This document shows, in pieces, positions 1-8,351 of a stretch of 49,951 bases of DNA. Location: the IMG/VR virus record IMGVR_UViG_3300021403_000003, positions 1-49,951 of that record; one strand, given 5' to 3'. The stretch's first letter is position 1, and the number at the start of each line of letters is the position of its first letter. This DNA is from a virus (taxonomy: Duplodnaviria > Heunggongvirae > Uroviricota > Caudoviricetes). A program made the translations under genes and the position numbers. The notes under the pieces were generated by a model. It did no database searches and had not been told where the DNA came from. It was given only the letters and a program-made list of their open reading frames with translations.

Positions 1-131
1 GGTAAGGTTACTACAAGAGTGTAGATTTCGCTCGCAGCATCGCGGTAGCTCGCAACCCGAGTTCCAATCAGCTCAGGTGGGTTAACAAGCTGATCGCAGA
101 TACCAACAACTTCCACAGCGGAGCAACAAAC

Positions 132-683
132 GTGCAGACAAACACCAATATCCTGAAGGTTGATTTCAGTCGAGTGGTTTCGATGTTCTCGAATGCCAAA
201 CAACATTTGAAGCGTCCTAAGATCACTTTGATGTTGGATGCTTCTGCTCAGACCGACAGTCCACTTCATGGTAAAAAGGTTCGCTTTAGCCTTGACAAGT
301 TCGGCTCGTACATGAATATGTATGGTTCTGAGTGGGGTGTCAATTATGGTAAAATTGACATCAACACTGGTGTCATAATCCTCCGTCGAGATGGTCGCGA
401 TAATCAGGTTGCCCTGATGAAACTCCTTGAAGAGTTTTGTGCTGAGCCACGCAAGACTGCGATCCTTCATGGTAAGTTGACTGGTAATTGCTGTTATTGT
501 TCACTGCCTTTGAGTGATCCTCGCAGCTTGCTGGTGGGTTATGGTCCATACTGTGCGGATCATTGGCATCTTCCTTGGGGAGAAAATCCCAAGTTCACCT
601 CCGAAGGTGAGTGGATTGGGATTGCTCCGATTGGAACTCAGGAAGGTTCAGCTGAAGATCCGACTGGTGAGGATTACCAATGA
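132..683 (+). CDS. DUF6011-like zinc-finger protein (true start probably upstream or outside the window)
   Basis: C-terminal CCYCSLPLSDPRSLLVGYGPYCADHW matches the CxxC..L.D..S...G.GPxC pattern. The frame is open from nt 6 and reads like the family N-terminus (DFARSI..NQLRWVNKL). Confidence 0.7.
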   Translation: MQTNTNILKVDFSRVVSMFSNAKQHLKRPKITLMLDASAQTDSPLHGKKVRFSLDKFGSYMNMYGSEWGVNYGKIDINTGVIILRRDGRDNQVALMKLLEEFCAEPRKTAILHGKLTGNCCYCSLPLSDPRSLLVGYGPYCADHWHLPWGENPKFTSEGEWIGIAPIGTQEGSAEDPTGEDYQ

Positions 684-937
684 GTACGGTGACGAAGTTC
701 GAGCAACTCAAAGCTTACTGGTGGAATGGTAGTAAGAAAACTCAGAACATCGAAATGAGGATTCGTGATCTGCGACCACGCAATGACAAATCTTCTCAAT
801 TAATTCTACTTTTGAGGTTGGCAAATAAAGCTTTAGAGGTCGCTGAGAGAAAATGCGACAAGAAGGAAATGAAATTTCAAGAATCTGTTCTTGAAAATCT
901 GATGATTCAGGCGGAGAATCTTATAGAAAGGATTTGA
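680..937 (+). CDS. hypothetical protein
   Basis: 85 aa ORF with ATGA overlap on the previous stop; tightly packed operon. Confidence 0.55.
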   Translation: MSTVTKFEQLKAYWWNGSKKTQNIEMRIRDLRPRNDKSSQLILLLRLANKALEVAERKCDKKEMKFQESVLENLMIQAENLIERI

Positions 938-1164
938 TTATGACCAAATCATGGAAGATACCAAAAACCAACAAGGTGATTTCAATCACCTTGTTGGAGA
1001 CTTTACTTGGTGATTGGGGATTCATTATACTGGATCTTGAGATTGATTTGTTACTGAAAGGTGATCATTCCCCGAGTTTCAGAATTTGTTGGATTTTGAT
1101 GGAAATGGAGATGTTTGAATTTCGAATATACGACATAAGACAAAAGGAATATAACATCACATGA
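934..1164 (+). CDS. hypothetical protein
   Basis: 76 aa ORF overlapping both neighbours by 4 nt; ATG at 940 is an alternative start. Confidence 0.45.
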   Translation: MIMTKSWKIPKTNKVISITLLETLLGDWGFIILDLEIDLLLKGDHSPSFRICWILMEMEMFEFRIYDIRQKEYNIT

Positions 1165-1637
1165 GTCACTTGTATATCATCCGTGGTTTGCCTGGTAGTG
1201 GTAAGAGCACCCTGGCAAAGAAATTAGCTCAACGTTTGCCAGCTGAACACTGGGAAGCTGATATGTACTTCATCAAGGATGGGGTCTATCAGTTTAATGG
1301 GGCTAAGATCGGGGAGGCTCATGACTATTGCATCCGTAATGCCATTGATGCGATGTATAACAATCAGAAAATTGTCGTATCAAATACATTTACTCGTTGT
1401 ATTGAGATGACGGAATATTTAGAGACAGCTGAGAAATTGACAATCCCGATTACCGTGATAGAGTGTATCAATAATTATGGTAGCATTCACGGTGTTCCAG
1501 AAACTGTCATGGATCGTATGAAGCAACGTTGGCAGTCCAACGATGACATCAAAGCACCGATGAACTTATTCTTTCCTGATTTGAAGATCATCTATCAAAA
1601 TTCTGAGGAATATGCAGATGAGCTTGTTAAAGCCTGA
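1161..1637 (+). CDS. P-loop kinase (AAA_33 / polynucleotide-kinase-like)
   Basis: YIIRGLPGSGKSTLA Walker A, EADMYF, VVSNTF and HGVP motifs; directly upstream of the RNA ligase. Confidence 0.8.
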   Translation: MSHLYIIRGLPGSGKSTLAKKLAQRLPAEHWEADMYFIKDGVYQFNGAKIGEAHDYCIRNAIDAMYNNQKIVVSNTFTRCIEMTEYLETAEKLTIPITVIECINNYGSIHGVPETVMDRMKQRWQSNDDIKAPMNLFFPDLKIIYQNSEEYADELVKA

Positions 1638-2538
1638 AAACATCAAGGCTTTCGTTGAAGCGAACCCAAAGCTGGTGACTCGACGCGAGTCCACTCGTTA
1701 CCCTGGCTTGTATGTGTTGAAGTACACCAGGAAGGTGTTCTATGATGCGCTTTGGACAGAAGAACTCATGGAGATGAGAGGCTTGGTGTTGGATGTGGAT
1801 TACAACATTGTTTCCTATCCATTTACCAAAATTTTCAACCGTGGAGAAGCGGGAACAGATTTCCACCGCGATACTTGGGTAGATGCAGTTCGTAAAGTCA
1901 ATGGATTCATGGCTTGTGTCGCAAAATACAATGGTCGTAATATTGTTTCCACAACAGGTTCATTGGATTCTGATTTTGTGAAGATAGCTGAGAAGTGGAT
2001 TGGTCATCTTCAAATCATGCCAGAATTCACTTATATGTTTGAGATTTGTGATCCAACTGATCCTCACATTATCAAGGAAGATTCAGGTGCATATTTGATC
2101 GGAATGCGAAATTTGAGGACCCATCAATTGATGCGAGAAGATCAATTGGATGTTGAATGTCCAATTCTCAATCATAATTTGATGAACAACTTGATCAAAA
2201 GACCAAGATGGTATCGTTGTAACTTCTCAACCGCAGTGGATCTTGCTCATTGTGCAAAGCATGAAGGATTTGTTTGCCGTGATTATGTGAGTGGAAAAGA
2301 TCTGAAACTCAAGTCTCCTTATTACTTGACTACAAAGTTCTTGGCTCGGATGAGATATGAGAAACTGATTGAAAAATTTGCTGATGTGAAGAATCTTAAA
2401 CAGACAATAGATGAAGAGTTCTATGGGTTGGTTGATCACATTGCAAAACATTTTGATACGTTTCAACAGTTGGATGAGCAGAACCGAATCAGGTTGATTG
2501 AAAATTATTTCTTAATTCATGGGAGCCATCATGCTTAA
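1618..2538 (+). CDS. rnlA: T4 Rnl1-like RNA ligase
   Basis: LKYTRKVFYDALW, EMRGLVLD, SYPFTKIFN, nucleotidyltransferase motif I KVNG, FEI, EGFV, KLKSPYY. GAGG SD favours ATG 1618. Confidence 0.85.
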   Translation: MSLLKPENIKAFVEANPKLVTRRESTRYPGLYVLKYTRKVFYDALWTEELMEMRGLVLDVDYNIVSYPFTKIFNRGEAGTDFHRDTWVDAVRKVNGFMACVAKYNGRNIVSTTGSLDSDFVKIAEKWIGHLQIMPEFTYMFEICDPTDPHIIKEDSGAYLIGMRNLRTHQLMREDQLDVECPILNHNLMNNLIKRPRWYRCNFSTAVDLAHCAKHEGFVCRDYVSGKDLKLKSPYYLTTKFLARMRYEKLIEKFADVKNLKQTIDEEFYGLVDHIAKHFDTFQQLDEQNRIRLIENYFLIHGSHHA

Positions 2539-3226
2539 CCAAATGGATAATCAAAGAGTTGCCAAATACGTCAAGAAAAAGGCAAAATCCAAAGGTATTC
2601 GTATTGTTTTGGATCACAAAAATAAGTACTTGGATGGCGACATCACAGTGGGTTCTGAAGCATATTTCAGTGATGATGGTGTTGCCAAAGTTTCAACTCT
2701 TCATGAAGATTGGGGATTGAATTTGTTACATGAATATTGTCATGGAGAACAATGGAAAGAAAACTGCAAAGTTTGGCGTAAGAGTTACATGATGGGTTCC
2801 GATGCTTATGATATTGCAGATCGTTGGATCAAAGGTGATATCGAATTGACTGTCGGGGAACGGTATGATGTTTTCTTTTCTTTGTACGATGTCGAACGAG
2901 ATTGTGAAGCTCGTGTAATCACTCACCTTTCTAACATTTTGATTGATGTTGATATATCATTGTATGTTCAACGTGCTTGGGCATATATCAATAGTTACAT
3001 GTATAGCTGCATGATTCGTGAATGGTTGCCTGCTCACATGCCACCTTATTCTCATCAAAAATTGGTTGGAATGATGCCAACAAATATGCATAAAGAAATT
3101 ATAATTTACAATCCTGAATGGTGGAAACTTTATGAGGAGGCTTATCCAAGTCTCAAGAAACCTAATCTCTCTTGGGGTCACAGAAATGGAATCAATGATC
3201 GCGTGTTAATTGATGATATTTGGTAG
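2531..3226 (+). CDS. hypothetical protein with HExxH motif (possible Zn metallopeptidase fold)
   Basis: LLHEYCHGEQW. GGAG SD precedes ATG 2531. Ends in TAG. Confidence 0.55.
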   Translation: MLNQMDNQRVAKYVKKKAKSKGIRIVLDHKNKYLDGDITVGSEAYFSDDGVAKVSTLHEDWGLNLLHEYCHGEQWKENCKVWRKSYMMGSDAYDIADRWIKGDIELTVGERYDVFFSLYDVERDCEARVITHLSNILIDVDISLYVQRAWAYINSYMYSCMIREWLPAHMPPYSHQKLVGMMPTNMHKEIIIYNPEWWKLYEEAYPSLKKPNLSWGHRNGINDRVLIDDIW

Positions 3227-3239
3227 CGATAAATAGAGC

Positions 3240-3268
3240 TTTACTCCTATTTGAATTGAAGTTAACAT
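3240..3268 (+). promoter_or_regulatory. putative sigma70-like early promoter
   Basis: TTTACT-N17-TAACAT. The same GCTTTACT -35 context occurs at 14423 and 14709. Confidence 0.4.
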
Positions 3269-3274
3269 TTATCA

Positions 3275-3847
3275 ATGACAATATTTTTCACATCTGATAA
3301 CCATTTCTCTCACAAGAACATCAAGAAGTTTTGTCCAACAACTCGCCACGGTGAGACTGTTGAACAAATGAACCGAATGATGATCACAAATTGGCAAAAT
3401 CAAGTTCAACCTGCTGATACTGTGTATTTGCTTGGTGATGTATTCTTTTGTAATGCAGAAGAAGCAATCAATATCATTAAGCAACTGCCAGGTCAGAAGC
3501 ATCTGATTTATGGTAATCACGACAAAGTGATCCGTAGTAATTTTGATTTGAGGTTGCATTTTGAGTCATTATCTGAATGGAAGGAAATTTGGATTGACAG
3601 CAAAAAATTGATTTTGCATCATTATCCAACCTATGAATGGAAGGATATGCATAAAGGAGCATACCATTTGTATGGTCACATCCATTCCAGGTATGGAGAG
3701 ATAGAACATCCTGGCATTCCAGGCCGTTGTATGGATGTTGGTATTGATAGCAGACCAAAAGGTGATATGACTTTGTGGACATGGGAAGAGATTCATCAAG
3801 TCTTGAAGAAAAGGGATATCAGGGGTCACCATGAGAAGGAAATTTGA
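3275..3847 (+). CDS. calcineurin-like metallophosphoesterase
   Basis: FTSDNHFSH, LLGDV, GNHD, HHYP, HLYGHIH motifs. Confidence 0.9.
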   Translation: MTIFFTSDNHFSHKNIKKFCPTTRHGETVEQMNRMMITNWQNQVQPADTVYLLGDVFFCNAEEAINIIKQLPGQKHLIYGNHDKVIRSNFDLRLHFESLSEWKEIWIDSKKLILHHYPTYEWKDMHKGAYHLYGHIHSRYGEIEHPGIPGRCMDVGIDSRPKGDMTLWTWEEIHQVLKKRDIRGHHEKEI

Positions 3848-3986
3848 GAAGGAATTTAAGAAGTTCCTTTGCTTCATCGGATTTCATCATTGGAAATCAG
3901 TGATCCGTCACAAACTTGATGATGGATCAATTGTTTTGAAAGTGACCTGCCATGATTGTCCGCACCTGGATTATATCATATTTTGA
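3831..3986 (+). CDS. small Cys/His protein, 51 aa (DUF1660-like; not in ORF track)
   Basis: Hand translation MRRKFEKEFKKFLCFIGFHHWKSVIRHKLDDGSIVLKVTCHDCPHLDYIIF; C-x3-G-x-H-x-W ... CxxC; AGGGGT SD upstream; fills the gap exactly. Confidence 0.65.
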   Translation: MRRKFEKEFKKFLCFIGFHHWKSVIRHKLDDGSIVLKVTCHDCPHLDYIIF

Positions 3987-3995
3987 GGTTTGTTC

Positions 3996-4439
3996 ATGGG
4001 TAATTTCAATCGTCTTTGGAACATTAGTAATACTGCTCAACAATTTGATCGTTATAAGAGGGTACTTTGTCTTTGCTCTGCAGGCCTCCTTCGTTCTCCA
4101 ACAGCAGCTATTGTACTAGCTGGCGAACCATTTAATTTCAATACTCGGGCTGCTGGAACAGGCAGAGAGTATGCTTTGATTCCAGTTGATGATGTTCTTA
4201 TCAACTGGGCAGATCAAATAGTTTGCATGTCTAAAGGTCATCGCACTGATCTACAAGAACATTTTGAAGATGAGGTCAATGGAAAAGACATTGTGGTTCT
4301 TAACATTCCAGATGATTATCAATATAGGGATGAAAAGCTAGTATCTCTGATTAAAGAGCGCTATATTGAAGCTACGGGCTGGGCTAAAAATCCTGAGCCT
4401 CGTGGGGTTCTCGTTAAGGAGAAAATACAAGAGGAGTGA
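3996..4439 (+). CDS. low-molecular-weight protein-tyrosine-phosphatase-like protein
   Basis: RVLCLCSAGLLRSPTAA (C-x5-R-S P-loop), WADQIVCM, LNIPDDY. Confidence 0.8.
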   Translation: MGNFNRLWNISNTAQQFDRYKRVLCLCSAGLLRSPTAAIVLAGEPFNFNTRAAGTGREYALIPVDDVLINWADQIVCMSKGHRTDLQEHFEDEVNGKDIVVLNIPDDYQYRDEKLVSLIKERYIEATGWAKNPEPRGVLVKEKIQEE

Positions 4440-4445
4440 GTCATC

Positions 4446-4583
4446 ATGGCCCTCATATTGGGGATAATCAGTTTGATCATGTTTGTAGTTTTTGTTGGTT
4501 GTTTTATTCGAGTGGGAGCGACAGACAATGAAACTGTATTTGATTGCAGAAGGGACTCGTGGAGTGTTGAGGGATTTGAGTAA
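4446..4583 (+). CDS. small membrane protein, 45 aa (not in ORF track)
   Basis: MALILGIISLIMFVVFVGCFIRVG...; single hydrophobic segment; GGAG SD upstream. Confidence 0.45.
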   Translation: MALILGIISLIMFVVFVGCFIRVGATDNETVFDCRRDSWSVEGFE

Positions 4584-4734
4584 GTTTTGCTCATTTGCAC
4601 CATGGGCAGCACCGAGTCTGTTCGTTTTTGACGAACAGGAATTGACAAGTATAGATGGGGATAGATATTCATTTAAGCTCGGCAGCAATGAATATACTGT
4701 TCCTGTTGGAAACATAACGCTGATCAATGGATGA
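4528..4734 (+). CDS. hypothetical protein
   Basis: Start moved to ATG 4528, which follows a GGAG SD. Confidence 0.5.
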   Translation: MKLYLIAEGTRGVLRDLSKFCSFAPWAAPSLFVFDEQELTSIDGDRYSFKLGSNEYTVPVGNITLING

Positions 4735-4906
4735 ATACTCAAAGGAATTTTTGAGTTCTCTTGCTGAGAATTTACAACAAATAACGGAAGATTCGTTGGT
4801 GTCAGCTTGCGAGGTATACAACTTGGTCGCACAAGTTGATCGAGCAAGATTGATTTTACTTGATTATGGTCGCAAGTTGTCCACATTGAGGAATTCAATG
4901 TGCTAG
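4727..4906 (+). CDS. hypothetical protein, 59 aa (not in ORF track)
   Basis: MDEYSKEFLSSLAENLQQ...LRNSMC fills the gap; ends in TAG in frame with the next ATG. Confidence 0.55.
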   Translation: MDEYSKEFLSSLAENLQQITEDSLVSACEVYNLVAQVDRARLILLDYGRKLSTLRNSMC

Positions 4907-4915
4907 GGGTCGAAA

Positions 4916-5398
4916 ATGTCAGAGCCAAAGGTTACCCAGATCTATAAACTATTCAAGCTTTTGGAATCCGGTGAGCCAGTTCGAATTGATGAAATAGCAA
5001 AGCAGCTCGGTATCAAATACTGGAGCGTAGAGTGTTATGTTCATCAAATGCGTCACCTCAAACCAGTTGCTGCAGAATTAGAGCATCTCAAGGAAGGAAG
5101 GAAAGCGTACGCAATTAAATTACTGAATGCAAAGGATATTGATACTAGAACCTTCATGTATCGCAGTAATAATTCTGTGTATGTGAAACCAGAGTCAATA
5201 TCGAAGGTCAAAGTTGAACCCACCAAGCTTGAACCAAAAAAGGTTCATTCTGATAGATCAGGTATCTGGGTTGAAGGAGACGATGATCTTGCTGAACCAG
5301 TTGTTGAGAAATACAATGAAAAAGAGGTACTAGATACTATGGAGTCTCTTGGTATTGATAATGATCATTTCACTGGGAATTGGTCAAGTGAGATCTGA
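4916..5398 (+). CDS. hypothetical protein, possible N-terminal winged HTH
   Basis: LFKLLESGEPVRIDEIAKQLGIKYWSVECYVHQMR resembles an HTH; acidic tail. Confidence 0.5.
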   Translation: MSEPKVTQIYKLFKLLESGEPVRIDEIAKQLGIKYWSVECYVHQMRHLKPVAAELEHLKEGRKAYAIKLLNAKDIDTRTFMYRSNNSVYVKPESISKVKVEPTKLEPKKVHSDRSGIWVEGDDDLAEPVVEKYNEKEVLDTMESLGIDNDHFTGNWSSEI

Positions 5399-5401
5399 TG
5401 C

Positions 5402-5683
5402 ATGACGTATGTTTTTAAAGTAATCAAGGCATTTGATGATTTAGAGGTTGGCGAAATTATTGAAGTCAACCTTGGCATCAATGACTATGAAAGATTCAAA
5501 ATGGCACATCCAGAATTGGAACGCTATTTTGATGAAGCACCAGCTTTTCAATTTGTAGATATGATTGGTAAACGTGGTCCAGATGGAAAGGTTTTGGATC
5601 GCCTGGATCATATCCGCCGCACTTATCCAGGTGCAAAAAATATGCTGGATGATGCAAGGTGGAAACCAAAGCGTGAGTTTTGA
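5402..5683 (+). CDS. conserved T4-like hypothetical protein preceding the exonuclease
   Basis: Pattern resembles the small gene found upstream of this exonuclease in T4-like phages (HPELE..., GPDG.VLDRL..I...YPG). Confidence 0.55.
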   Translation: MTYVFKVIKAFDDLEVGEIIEVNLGINDYERFKMAHPELERYFDEAPAFQFVDMIGKRGPDGKVLDRLDHIRRTYPGAKNMLDDARWKPKREF

Positions 5684-6357
5684 TCAAAACCTTTACGCAT
5701 CAATTAGTTGATGTTCCAAAACTCGTTCTTGAAGAGGACGATAAGGGTCGAAAATATGTGACTCCAGGAGGGAAGAAATATCCTTCCGTCACTACAGTCC
5801 TAGGTGAACTTCCTAATAAAGCCCTTGCAGCTTGGAAGAAACGTGTTGGTAAAGATCAAGCTGCTAAAATTTCAAAGGCTGCAACAAATCGTGGTTCAGC
5901 TTTACACAAACAGATTGAATTCTATTTGCGCAATGAGAAATTGGACATGTCAAATGATCCATTTACAGCATCATTGTTTGGGAAAGTTCAATCAACATTG
6001 AATGGTATTGATTATATCAAAATCATTGAATCTTCTTTATATTCTGATAGACTTAGGATGGCAGGAACTCCTGATTGTATTGCTGAATATGGAGGAAAAC
6101 TTTCTGTCATCGATTTTAAGACATCAACTGATTTAAAAAAGGTTGATTGGATCAATGGGTACTTTTCTCAGGCAAGTGCTTACGCTATAATGTATGAGGA
6201 ACATTTTGTTGTAAGGCCAGAACAGTGTGTGATTATCATAGCGGTTGAGAATGCCAATATACCACAAGTGTTTGTGAAGTCTATAGATGAAAGCTTTCAG
6301 ATGCTTAAAGAGTATGTTGGTAAATTAATTGAATATCGCAAAGGAATATCTACATGA
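5680..6357 (+). CDS. PD-(D/E)XK (Cas4/RecB-like) exonuclease
   Basis: YPSVTTVLG, RGSALH, AGTPDCI, IDFKTS, QASAYA motifs. Confidence 0.85.
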   Translation: MIKTFTHQLVDVPKLVLEEDDKGRKYVTPGGKKYPSVTTVLGELPNKALAAWKKRVGKDQAAKISKAATNRGSALHKQIEFYLRNEKLDMSNDPFTASLFGKVQSTLNGIDYIKIIESSLYSDRLRMAGTPDCIAEYGGKLSVIDFKTSTDLKKVDWINGYFSQASAYAIMYEEHFVVRPEQCVIIIAVENANIPQVFVKSIDESFQMLKEYVGKLIEYRKGIST

Positions 6358-6956
6358 GACGTCTGACTATCCTGGTTGTACCATTTGCTTTTTATGTAAC
6401 TTTGGTTGCTATACAACCAAAGAAAATGATACAGAAACCAACAGCTCAAATATCTTCAGAAAAGAATCAAGTCGCCATATTGAACTTGAGTAAGCATTAT
6501 CAACCAATATACAGAACTTATAAAAAGCTTTCTGAGAAAAGAATTCATCAGGAATTCATAGCTTCTGAGTTACAATGTTTGGCAGATAACGTATATCAAG
6601 AGGCAGCATTTGAACCTGAAGAAGGTCAACTTGCTGTTGCTATAGTTACTATGAATCGTGTACATGATCCAGAATATCCAAAGACCATTTGTGGTGTTGT
6701 GTATGAACGTCATTTGAATCCACATAATCACAAAATGACTTGTCAGTTTTCATGGACTTGTAAGCACAGAAATCAAATTGTTCATTCGAAATATTTGGAA
6801 GCTCGAGAAGTTGCTCGTAAAGCATTTCTCAAGCATGTACAGGTTGCTGAATTAGAAGGTGTGACACTATATCATGCTTCTTATATAGATACACCAGATT
6901 GGGCAGCAAGAAGTCAATACGTGACCAAAATTGGTCAACATGTCTTTTACAAATAG
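6354..6956 (+). CDS. SleB-family cell wall hydrolase
   Basis: N-terminal hydrophobic anchor; CLADNVYQEA.FE...GQLAVA.VTMNRV...YPKTICGVV, QFSW, IGQHVFY. Confidence 0.85.
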   Translation: MRRLTILVVPFAFYVTLVAIQPKKMIQKPTAQISSEKNQVAILNLSKHYQPIYRTYKKLSEKRIHQEFIASELQCLADNVYQEAAFEPEEGQLAVAIVTMNRVHDPEYPKTICGVVYERHLNPHNHKMTCQFSWTCKHRNQIVHSKYLEAREVARKAFLKHVQVAELEGVTLYHASYIDTPDWAARSQYVTKIGQHVFYK

Positions 6957-6963
6957 GTGAATT

Positions 6964-7554
6964 GTGATCAGTTTTGACATCGAAACTCTTGGAGTAAGCT
7001 CAGAAGTTGTTGTGCTTTCAGTTGGTATTGTGAAATTTGAGCTTTTCAATGCCAATACTGCTTGGCAACAGACTGATCCAAATGCATTAAACAACATCTA
7101 CAAGAAGATGTTGGATGATGCTTTGTTTGTCAAATTTGAGGTTGATGAACAGGTCGCGAAATATGGCCGTAAGGTTGAAAAGGAAGCGATTGATTTCTGG
7201 AAAGATCAATCTACAAGAGTAATCGAAAAAAGCTTTCGTCGTAATTTTAACATTGATTGTAAAATAATAGATGGAGTTATTAAAATAGCAGAATTTGTTA
7301 ATGGTGATCCAAATTTTTGGGCTCGTGGATCACTGGATCAGATTGTATACGATAGCCTTTGTCGAGCAGCTGGAAAACCCCTCGTAACTGAATACTGGTG
7401 TTGGTCAGATTATCGCACAGCTATCAATTTGACCAAAGAGACAGCCCGTAGAGGTTATTGCGACATCCCTGGTTTTGATCGTTCTTTGGTTGTGAAGCAT
7501 GACCCTGTTCACGACGCAGCCTATGATGTGATGATGTTGTTGTACGGTAAATAA
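6964..7554 (+). CDS. dexA: DexA-like 3'-5' exonuclease (DEDDh)
   Basis: SFDIETLG, WARGSLD, DYRT, HDPVHDAAYD. Confidence 0.8.
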   Translation: MISFDIETLGVSSEVVVLSVGIVKFELFNANTAWQQTDPNALNNIYKKMLDDALFVKFEVDEQVAKYGRKVEKEAIDFWKDQSTRVIEKSFRRNFNIDCKIIDGVIKIAEFVNGDPNFWARGSLDQIVYDSLCRAAGKPLVTEYWCWSDYRTAINLTKETARRGYCDIPGFDRSLVVKHDPVHDAAYDVMMLLYGK

Positions 7555-7568
7555 TACAAGGATATATC

Positions 7569-8009
7569 ATGATTCAGTTGAATAGAAAATCTTGGCATTT
7601 CTGGCTTGCATCCAAATTTGGTGACTATTGTTATAGTGAACCTGAATATCAAAACGTGTGTACATATACACGTTGCTTCCTTAAGGGATTGATTGTATTC
7701 ATAATTTCTACAATTTTGACTGTCTTTATGGGTGCAATATTCCTGGGATTGCCACTTTTTGCCTTGGGTTGGTTGATCGGTTACATGTTTGGATTTTTCT
7801 CACTATTTGATCCAAAAAGTCGATTGGCAGACACAGTCTTTTCTGGATTTTTGTTGTCCCTGATGTGGATTGTTTTTGGTATCATTTTTGGGATTGTGAA
7901 ATTTTGGAAAAATGGTAAGAAATTTGCTGCCGTTAAACAACCATCATTTCTGAAAGTTGCGTATAGGTCTTGGAAGGATAAATATTGTATCAAGGTTGAA
8001 TTTAAGTGA
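7569..8009 (+). CDS. hypothetical membrane protein
   Basis: Two long hydrophobic segments. Confidence 0.6.
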   Translation: MIQLNRKSWHFWLASKFGDYCYSEPEYQNVCTYTRCFLKGLIVFIISTILTVFMGAIFLGLPLFALGWLIGYMFGFFSLFDPKSRLADTVFSGFLLSLMWIVFGIIFGIVKFWKNGKKFAAVKQPSFLKVAYRSWKDKYCIKVEFK

Positions 8010-8299
8010 TTTCACTGTTTGATTTGATGAATGGATGTTTTGAAGGGTATGGTGCCTTCGGAGCTTGGTTAAACGTTATCAAGCTTCGAAAAGATAGAGA
8101 AATCAAGGGAATAGTTTGGCAATTGATGATAGGATGGTGGGCTTGGGGAATTTTCAACCTTTTCTATTACCCACATCTCGATCAGTGGTTTTCATTTAGT
8201 GCAGGTTGTGTGTTGGTTACAGGTAATGCAGCTTGGTTGATTACATGGCTAAAGATTCTGAAGATACGCGCACGTAGCTTAAATGTGAAGAGCGGCTGA
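8006..8299 (+). CDS. small three-helix membrane protein (PQ-loop/SemiSWEET-like, tentative)
   Basis: Three hydrophobic segments, about 97 aa. The last 32 nt overlap the tRNA-like gene. Confidence 0.5.
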   Translation: MISLFDLMNGCFEGYGAFGAWLNVIKLRKDREIKGIVWQLMIGWWAWGIFNLFYYPHLDQWFSFSAGCVLVTGNAAWLITWLKILKIRARSLNVKSG

Positions 8300-8341
8300 C
8301 TCTAAATCGGCGAGATGTGGGCACTCAATCCATCGTGCGCT
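8268..8341 (+). tRNA. amber-suppressor-like tRNA (anticodon CUA) with atypical T-loop
   Basis: Acceptor GCGCACG(8268-74)/CGTGCGC(8334-40); T8 A9; D-stem GCTT/GAGC; anticodon stem GCTGA/TCGGC with loop CT-CTA-AA; 5-nt variable loop; T-stem GTGGG/TCCAT with non-canonical loop CACTCAA; U73; no encoded CCA (TCA follows). Confidence 0.75.
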
Positions 8342-8351
8342 TCAATAGAGG

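Noticed and set aside
4338-4928. 196-aa minus-strand ORF
   Set aside because: It is antisense to a fully packed + strand operon with SD-supported small genes and has no recognisable motifs.
5680-6357. CRISPR-Cas locus suggested by the Cas4-like nuclease
   Set aside because: No repeat-spacer array or other cas genes; this exonuclease is a routine T4-like gene.
8268-8344. tRNA-Pyl identity for the CUA tRNA
   Set aside because: It has a 2-nt acceptor-D linker, a 5-bp anticodon stem and a 5-nt variable loop, unlike tRNA-Pyl (1 nt, 6 bp, 3 nt). No pyl genes are seen.
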